The notes under the pieces: model-generated
Database searches by the model: none
Told to the model about the DNA's origin: nothing
The model's input: the letters and a program-made list of their open reading frames with translations, nothing else
Position numbers and translations under genes: made by a program
Source: Squalus acanthias
Taxonomy: Eukaryota
Length of the DNA: 64,000 bases
Reading direction: 5' to 3'
Assembly: GCA_030390025.1 (NCBI GenBank)
Contig: CM059438.1
Span: 20,522,001-20,586,000, forward strand
Shown: piece after piece, positions 54,201 through 63,200 of the stretch
Position numbering within the stretch: position 1 is the stretch's first letter
Layout: the number at the start of each line of letters is the position of its first letter

Positions 54201-57200
54201 CAGGAGCAATGGCATTCATTCCTGATATTGACCCTAGGAACACCATCGCTTCTGCCCTCAACCCCAGGAATACCTTCATTCCTGATATTGAACCTAGGAA
54301 GTTATTCCTGGGGTCGAGGGCAGAAGTGATGGTATTCCTGATGTCAGTATCAGGAGTGAAGATGTTCCTGGGGTTGATGTCAGTTGTGATGATGTTCCTG
54401 ATGTCAGTATCAGGAGTGAAGATGTTCCTGGGGTTGATGTCACCAGTTAAGGAGTTCCTGGGGTCGAAGTCAGGAGCAAAGCTGTTCCTGGGGTCAATAT
54501 CAGGAGTGAAGGTATTCCTGGGATCGAGGGCAGCAGCGATGGTGTTCCTGGGGTCAATTTCAGGAGTGAAGATGTTCCTGGCATTGACGTCAGGAGTGAA
54601 GATGTTCCTGGGGTTGAAGCCAGGAATAAAGATGTTGCTGGGGTGGAGTTCAGGAGCGAATGAGATCCTCCGATGAACTGAAATGGACAGAGAATCAGAA
54701 GCTGTGCACACCTGAATTTCAGCTGCTGCACAAGCCTCCCTGTCGGTAGCACAAGTTGGAAAAATTACCTCAAATTCTTGGTTTAGTCAGATTAATGTTA
54801 ATATGGATCTGAGTATAAATGAGGTACTTTCAAAATATCTGATATACTAACTTACTGCTTCCAATTATTTTATTTGCAGATCACTGTTATCTTACTGCAA
54901 GCCCTACTGGTAAGTAAAATTTGAATATATTTGCTGTTGAGTATATTGGTGCCCGTGTGAGTAGGTATGAAAACTTTCAATGTTGTTGACTTCCAGAATC
55001 TACATAGATAGAACTGAGAATGAATAATTGAATGGTATTTATTATTGATTAAATTTTTATATCCCTAAATTATATCCTTATATTAGGTGGAGAAAGCAGA
55101 GCTCAGTAATAAGACCTCAGTTAGAGTACCTTGTACCACCCCCCCTTGACATTCATTGGTATTACCATCGCCAAATCCCCCACCATGAACATCCTGGGGG
55201 TCGCCACTAACCAGAAACTCAACTGGACCAGCCATATAAATGCCATGGCTACAAGAGTAAGTCAGAGGCTGGGTATTCTGCGGCGAGTGTCTCACCTCCT
55301 GACTCCCCACTGCCTCTCCACCATCTACAAGGCACAAATCAGGAGTGTGATGGAACACTCTCCACTTGCCTGGATGGGTGCAGCTCCAACAACACTCAAG
55401 AAGCTCGACATCATCCAGGACAAAGCAGCTGGCTTGATTGGCAGCCCATCCTTCACTTTAAACATTCACTCCCTCCACCACCAGTGCACCATAGCTGCAG
55501 TGTGTACCATGCACAGGATGCACTGCAGCAACTCGCCAAGGCTTCTTTGACAGCACCTCAGAAACCCGCAACCTCCACCACTTAGAAGGACAAGGGCAGC
55601 AAGCGCATGGGAATATCATCACCTCCAAGTTCCCCTCCAAGTCACACATCATCCTCACTTGGACATATATCGCCATTCCTCCATCATCACTGGGTCAAAA
55701 TCCTGGAACTCCCTACTTAACAGTATTGTGGGAGTACCTTCACCAAATGGACTGCAGCAGTTCAATTATGGGCTCACCACCACCTTCTCGAGGGCAATTA
55801 GGGATGGCCAATAAATGCTGGCATTGCTAGCGATGCCCATATCCTGAGAATGAATTACAGAATATATCAGGTTCCACACTACAGCAAAATACTCAGGCTT
55901 TCGAGAGGGTACAAGTCAGATTCACTCAAATACTGCCTGGTATAAGGAAGTTCAAATACAAAGAAAGAGTTAAAACTATTGTGTCTTTTTATATTAGAAT
56001 AATGCAGATTACAGGGTGATATGATAGAAGTGTTTAAAAGGATGAAAGAGGGTAGATAGAAGCAGACTATTTCAACAGTTGAGGGGTCTGGAAGGAGGGA
56101 CCAGAGAAAAAGATGAAATGTGTGACATTTAGAACAGAGGGCAGGGGACACTTCCGAACACAGAGAGTTGTGAGGAGCTGCAATTCACTTCCAGGGTTAG
56201 TGATTGAGGCAGAAACTATATCAATATTCAACATTAGATTGAATAGGTAGAAAAGGGGTTGCAGGGATATGGGAACAGGATGGGTAAATGTGAATGGAAC
56301 TATTTACTTGAGTGGTGGGTAAATATTGACACAGACTTATTGGGGTCAATGGCCTGTTTCCATGATGTAATTCTATGTTTCGTATCTGTTATCTTATACC
56401 TGTCAAAAATATTTGTATTGCCCCACCTGAACTTATCCATTTCCTTACTGTTAATAGGTGGATCTTGTGGAGGGTATCTTGAAGGTGCCTACGGGTCTGT
56501 TAGCAGTCCAGGTTATCCATACTCCTATCCAAATAATGCACGGTGCACTTGGTACATAAGAGTGGACAGAAATCAAAGAATAAAGCTGGAATTTACTAAC
56601 ATTAGGTAGGTAAAAATGTTTCCTCTTTCATATTTTAATGTAAATAATGGCAGGAGTATTTGGTGTCAATTAACTATTGCTGATAGATTCACTTAAATTA
56701 CAACAAGGTGGGGGGACCAATAATTTGATGTTGAGTGCCAGAAGTGCTGGGCTAGGATCACATTATTGGCCCCTCGGCGCATCCTTTTAAACTGAAATAT
56801 ACCCACAGCAAGACAGCAAGGAGGTATTCTCCATTTTGTCTACAAAAAACAGTATTATAGAAATCTGTGATGTCAGTTTACACAAAACACCACCCAGAGC
56901 TAACTGATGCATCTGATGATCTTTCTCTGGCCGGCTGATACCCAGCTGAATCGAGATCAGCATGCTTCCTGATCCCAGATGCCGATTCTGCCACCTGATC
57001 ACAACTCAAATCTTCAGTATCAGTCAAGGTTCAAAAATCAATCCATGTTGAGCTCTTGAGTTTTGTTTTTCATCCAGAGTCGACATTCAGTTAAGAAACG
57101 CAGCTCACTGCCCAGCTAAATGATCTTCAACTGGTGATGGACAGGAAGATTAACAGTTATTGGTTTAATATGTAATCCTGTAAAGTCAAAACAGTAAAGA

Positions 57201-60200
57201 GTTTCAACATAATGCCTGATTCAGTCTCCACACCAATTCTTCCTACTTCATTGAATCTTGAGTGACCTTTCCAGGGTGAAACGGGGAAATGGTTGGGAGC
57301 AATGACCAATGTTTTTAGACGTCAAAACAGAGGTGACAGTTAGTCTTGGGTCGGTTAACCATCACAATATTTAATGAGCATTCTTTCCTAAATGTGTTCC
57401 CAGAAACTACAGTCATTTTAGAGATTTTTCAGAAGTCACTTTCTTACTACAGAATTTTCCACCAGTCCCTCTCATGTTAGGTTGTGGAGAAATTGCAAAT
57501 TATTCCAATCTTGCTATTTCAAACTTTCTTACACTGGTTATATAACATTCAAGGCCATTAAAATCTGTGACCCTTCCAGTGTATTCCTGCGATAACTTCA
57601 ATGGAAGTCCATTAGAAGGGACAAAATTAAGATCAGGACTCGCCACATCAGGACTTCTTGTTTTTCCAGTCCTCAGAGGAACCCGGTATCGATGAGACCT
57701 GCATACCTCGATGAACCGGTGGAAATGGGGCCTAACTGGGGTCCAGCCTGGGATTGTGGGCTGGACCCCTGAAGGAAAAAAAATTTTTTGAAGGAAATAT
57801 TTCAAAGCAGTCCCTTGGGGAAAGCCATTACTTCTTTCTGGGGGCTGGCATCCACCCTCCTCCAGAATTCAGTCTGCCCTTTTCATACTGCTGGGCCTGT
57901 ATTCCCCATGCACAGAGGAAATTCATGTGAAGATTGTAATGGGTTTGTTACAAATATCACCGAGAGTAATTTCTCCCAAATAATTTTTAATTGTACCTTT
58001 TTAATGCACTTTATTATGTTTCTGGATGCAGAAATTGTTTTTCTGGTTCCCAGAGAGAAATCTGTGGACTGGATCTGCACTGGGAATGCTATAGATTAGA
58101 TTTTACCCATATCTCCTTCTTCTCATAAAGATACAGCAAGACCTCGACCACTATATCATAAAAAGATACAAAGCCTAAAAAGTAATGAAGAGTGGAACCC
58201 ATAGAATCATAGAATGATACAGCATAGAAGGAGGCCATTCAGCCCATCGTGCCTGTGCCGGGTCTTTGGTAGAGCTATCCAATTAATCCCGCTCCCCTGC
58301 TCTTTCCCCATAGCCCTGTAAATGATTCCCTTCAAGTATTTATCCAATTCTCTTTTGAATGTTATTATTAAATCTGCTTCCACCACCCTTTTAGGCAGAG
58401 CATTCCAGATCACAACAACTCACTGTGTAAAAAAATGTTTGCTCATGTCGCCTCTGGTTCTTTTGCCAATCACCCTAAATCTGTGACCTCTTGTTACTGA
58501 TCCTTCTGCCATTGGAAACTGTTTCTCCTTATTTATTCTATCAAAACTCTTCATGATTTTGAACCTGCTCTGCTCTAAGGAGAACAACCCTAGCTTCTCC
58601 AGTCTCTCCACATAACTGAAGTCCCTCATCCCCGGTACCATTCTAGTAAATCTCTGCTGCATCCTTTCCAAGGCCTTGACAACCTTCTTAAAGTGTGGTG
58701 CCCAGAATTGAACACAATAATGCAGCTGAGGCCTAACCAGTGTATTATAAAGGTTTAGCATAACTTCCTGGCTTTTGTATTCTATTAAAAAGCCAAGGGT
58801 CTCTTATAAGTTTTTTTAACAACCTTCTCAACTTGTCCTGCCACCTTCAAAGATTTGTGTATATACACCCAGGTCTCTCTGTTCCTGCACCCCCTTTAAT
58901 ATTGTACCATTTAGTTTATATTGCCTCTTCTCGTTCTTTCTACCAGAATGTATCACTTCACACTTCTCTGCATTAAATTTCATCTGCCATGTGTCTGCCC
59001 ATCTCACTAGGCTGTCTATGTCCTCCTGAATCTGTTACTATCCTCCTCATTGTTTATTACATTCCCAACTTTTGTATCATCTGCAAACTTTGAAATTATG
59101 CCAGGTCATTAATATATATCAAAAAGAGCAGTGGTCCTAATATCGACCCCGAGAAAACACCACTGTATACCTCACTCCAGTTTGAAAAACAACCGTTCAC
59201 CACTACTCTCTGCTTTCTGTCCTGTAGCCAGTAAATTTTCTAACAGTAGAAGTGCCCTTTACACTATCAGTTACGAATAGTGTGAGTAGCAGAGACCCAG
59301 AGCAGACACTTGCAGTACTGCGATAGCAAAATACTGCGGATGCTGGAAAATTGAAACAACAACAGAAAACGCTGGAAAAACTCAGCAGGCCAGGCAACAT
59401 CCGTGGAGAGAGAAACAGAGTTAACGTTTCAGGTCGAAACCCTTCGTCAGAACTCTTGCAGTACTGCGTTGGTCAATGCTCCTGGACAAAGCTTTATTCA
59501 ATGATTATCTACTGTTTACTATTGCTCAGTCAGATTTCACACCGGCTGGGGGAGACAGGAAATTAGAGATTGGGGTAGGAACGCAATGGTGGACCTTGCA
59601 GCATGATTGCCCTGAGAATTTTGCTGCAATATTGCCTGATTTGTGATCAGGTAACAAGTATAAGGGAGACTGGAAATATTCAAAGGGATATGGACCAATT
59701 AATCAGATAGCAGAGAGAAAGACAGACAAATCTTAGTTAGATAAACATAAGCTGATGAATATTGGAACGAGAAAGGTAATCTATGTGCGTACAATGAAGG
59801 ATTGTTTGTTGGAAAAAATGTAAAAGCAAAAAGATTTGTTTGTGATTATTAACCATTCACTGAAAGTGCTCCGTCAATATGAAGTTACTATCTACGAGGA
59901 CAATCAAATACCAAGATACACCTCAAAGACATTTGATTATAAGTCAAAACAAGTTACAATTCTAACTTGTATCAAGGACTGGGTTACATTGTATAGGAGC
60001 CAAAGAAGAATGGTAGGACTTATGCTGGGAATTTCCTCAGGGTCTCCCAATTTGCTGCCATAACTGTGATGGAAAACTGTTTGCTCGGTCCTCCCGATGT
60101 TCCTGCATATCTTCTGCTGAAGTTACAGGAATTCCTCGCATTAATTCTTAAGTTATGAAGAGAACTCACAGAATCAAACTAGGACTTACTCGAGAAAATA

Positions 60201-63200
60201 TCAAAGGGGCACAATTCAGGATGTAAGGAAGCTACTTAATTTGAATTGGGAGCAGAAAAGCTGAGGAAACGTGTTCATAATTATTATATATGGGAAGAAA
60301 GCATCCTGGGTTGACCAATGGAAGTTGAAACTAGATTGATATTCAAGTATATGCTTGCTAACCTTGAAAAGTTGGGAGAGAAATTTTACAACTAAATTTG
60401 TTAGAGTATGTGCTAAGGCAAATTATACTACATCGGTTGAAAGAATGGTGGATGGATTGAGTAGCCTATACTTGTCCAATATTTCCTCATGTTCTTTGTT
60501 TGGGTCCTGAAATGCCTTCTAATGGTGCTTATACATGCAGACATATTTATAATTGTCTGATTTATTAAGCAAGTTGATAAAAAAAAAGTGGATTACTGTG
60601 AAATTCATTTTCAAACTATGATAATTTTCTTGACAGCCTGGAAGTTACATCAACTTGCTCGTGTGATTATATTGCAATATACGATGGGCCTTCAACATAT
60701 TATCCTTTGCTTTCAAAAATCTGTCATGGATCAAATCAGACATTTACATCATCGTCCAACAGTATGACAATATTTTTTAGCTCTGATTCCAGTGTAACTA
60801 GACGTGGATTTTCTGCAAACTACTACTCTCTGCCAATCAATGATGGTGAGCTTTGTTACACTTCTTGTCTCAAAATTGCAATGTGTTTAACGATAAAGAT
60901 TTTCAACTTAACACCCGAGCATAAAACAGGTCTTGCAGATCGCCGCCCATTACAGAAACCGCCTGATTTGCATTTCCATTGATTTCAGCCAATCGCAATG
61001 CCAGTTTTACTCACTGGTGGCAAGTTGAAAATCTACCCCATGTTTTCAAAGTAGTTGTGGTCACGTTTTATCTTTTCATGTGAACAGTCTTCACGGGGAG
61101 GTTCTTGGTTTACTCAGGAAGCTAGTTTAAGAAAGTAAAGGCTGAAGTACGAGCATGAGTTTTTATATTTTAATGGCCCGGATTTTGCGGTGGGTAAGAT
61201 GGCGTACTCTGAGAGTCCGCCGTCATACCGCCTTTGAAATACACTTTGTGTGTTTACATTCAGTGGGGCTGAAATTCCTAACTTTGGTAATTTTAGTGAA
61301 ACATAACACTTCTTACTAAAATGCACTTTTTGCTAAAGTTAGCAAAGGCAGGAATTTTAGCTCCAATATTTCTGTTTTTGCTAATACAAATTCTGTTGAA
61401 AATTGAGCATTAATAGATCTTTTGCTTTTATCCTACATGGAAATATTAAATCAGAGGAGAAGTTTATATTATTGATAATCAACAACTTTATCAATTGTAG
61501 TCTCTGGTTCCCTCGTGTGTAATTGCACTGAAAGACACTAGCTGAGCAACACTACACTGAGTGATGGAATTTCCAGGCATTATAGATCAGCTTCTTTTCA
61601 GCAGTAAAACATTTTTTGTTTTTGAAAGAAGTAAGGCATTCCTCCTCTATGTAAAGTCCATTTAGTTTCAAAGAAAACCGTCACTTCTCAGTGTGGTTCT
61701 ATAAGTGGCAGAACTGACAGCCATTGGCACAGGGCCTGTGGGCCTGCATGATCTTTTGAAATAATGGTTGAACACAGGTCTCTATAACTTGAGTTCCAAT
61801 CTTGTACTGACAAATGGTCCTGCTGATTGATCAAGAGAAAAGCAGTAAAGTGATACTTTTAGATTCTGGGGTCGGTGCAGATTATCTGTTTCTCAAGCAG
61901 TTTTCATTTCTAATATAGGATTCATGAGGTCATGTTCTAATTTATTTTCCAGATGTGTTAACCTGTTCAACATATTATATGGAAGCAAAAATTAGTAGGT
62001 CCTATCTCGACCTTCTGGGTTTTAATCAGCATTATCTTTACCTGAATGATCGAAACTGCAGGCCAATAATAACAGCTGATGACGTGGTGTTCAAAATACC
62101 ACTCAATAGATGTGGTACATTACGACAGGTAAGAGAAACAGTACTGGGAGGGTTGGCTCGCAAAAGAAAAGCAAGTATACTTCCATTCCCCATGATGATA
62201 TAATTGTAAAAATGTTCAAACTGAACCCTCTTACCCTTTCAACTACTGCACTATTGCCCTTGCATAAATACTTTCTAAAGTTACAGATGTTGTTAGCGCT
62301 CGAATTATCTACCACGTATGGTTTTGGCATAACCGTTCTGCTCTCAGACACTTTGGTAAATCATTTGTCATTGTGTTGGATGTCTTCAAAGCCTCTGATA
62401 TGGTTTGGTGTCAAGACCTTCTAAACTATGGCCTCCCACCTATGTTCTTGATTACTTCTTAAATCAATCTATTTTTCTGCCATTAATGGCTCATTCTTTG
62501 ACTTGTTTTCCATTGATCCCTGTGTCCCCATGGTCTGTCCTCCCCTATTCTATTCCTTCTTTATATCAATGAGCTCCTCCACCTTTTTGCTGATGATTCC
62601 ACTCTACATTCATCTATTTCCTCTGGATCACATGCCATCAGTGTATGTAACCTTCACCACTCTCACAATGTATTTTGATATTCTCCATGTCTTTTGCATT
62701 TGTGCAATGAAACAGCTTTTAACTCTCTGAAAAGCCCAAATTTGCCCAAGATTTGAATACTGCAAATATCTGGGCAGGTTTTTCCAGCACCCCTCTCACA
62801 CTCCTGGACAGGATAAATGAAAAAGTGTGATCCCTCCCTCATCCTGAGCCTCCGATATCCTTTTATCGCAAACTGTCTTATATTTTTCTCTTTACCTACT
62901 GTCATTGCCCTTTGAATTTTTTCCCTTGTTCCTCCTAAACTGAAAATATGCTATCCTACACATCTTCCTCCTCCTTAAAGCCTCACTATGTTGAAATCAA
63001 ATGAAGAATTGTAGTTTTTCTCCTGGAACTAATTGTATTTCAGACTGTAAACCACAACTTTGTGATTTTTTTATACTTTGAAAATATTAATTTGTTCAGT
63101 GGTCACTACCATCTACTGTGCATTAAATATTTCATCTTAGAAAGATTTAAATTCTAACGTACATTCTACACTCACAGGGAAACAATGGCAGTATCACATA

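Larger units (their letters stand above)
34575..56268 (+). repeat. Tandem duplication of about 11 kb (CUB-SMB-SMB cassette): copy A about 34575-45545, copy B about 45610-56268
   Basis: Near-identical exons, introns and repeats at offsets 11634 (CUB part) and 10716 (SMB part). A third, CUB-only copy lies at about 56413-61150. Confidence 0.95.
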
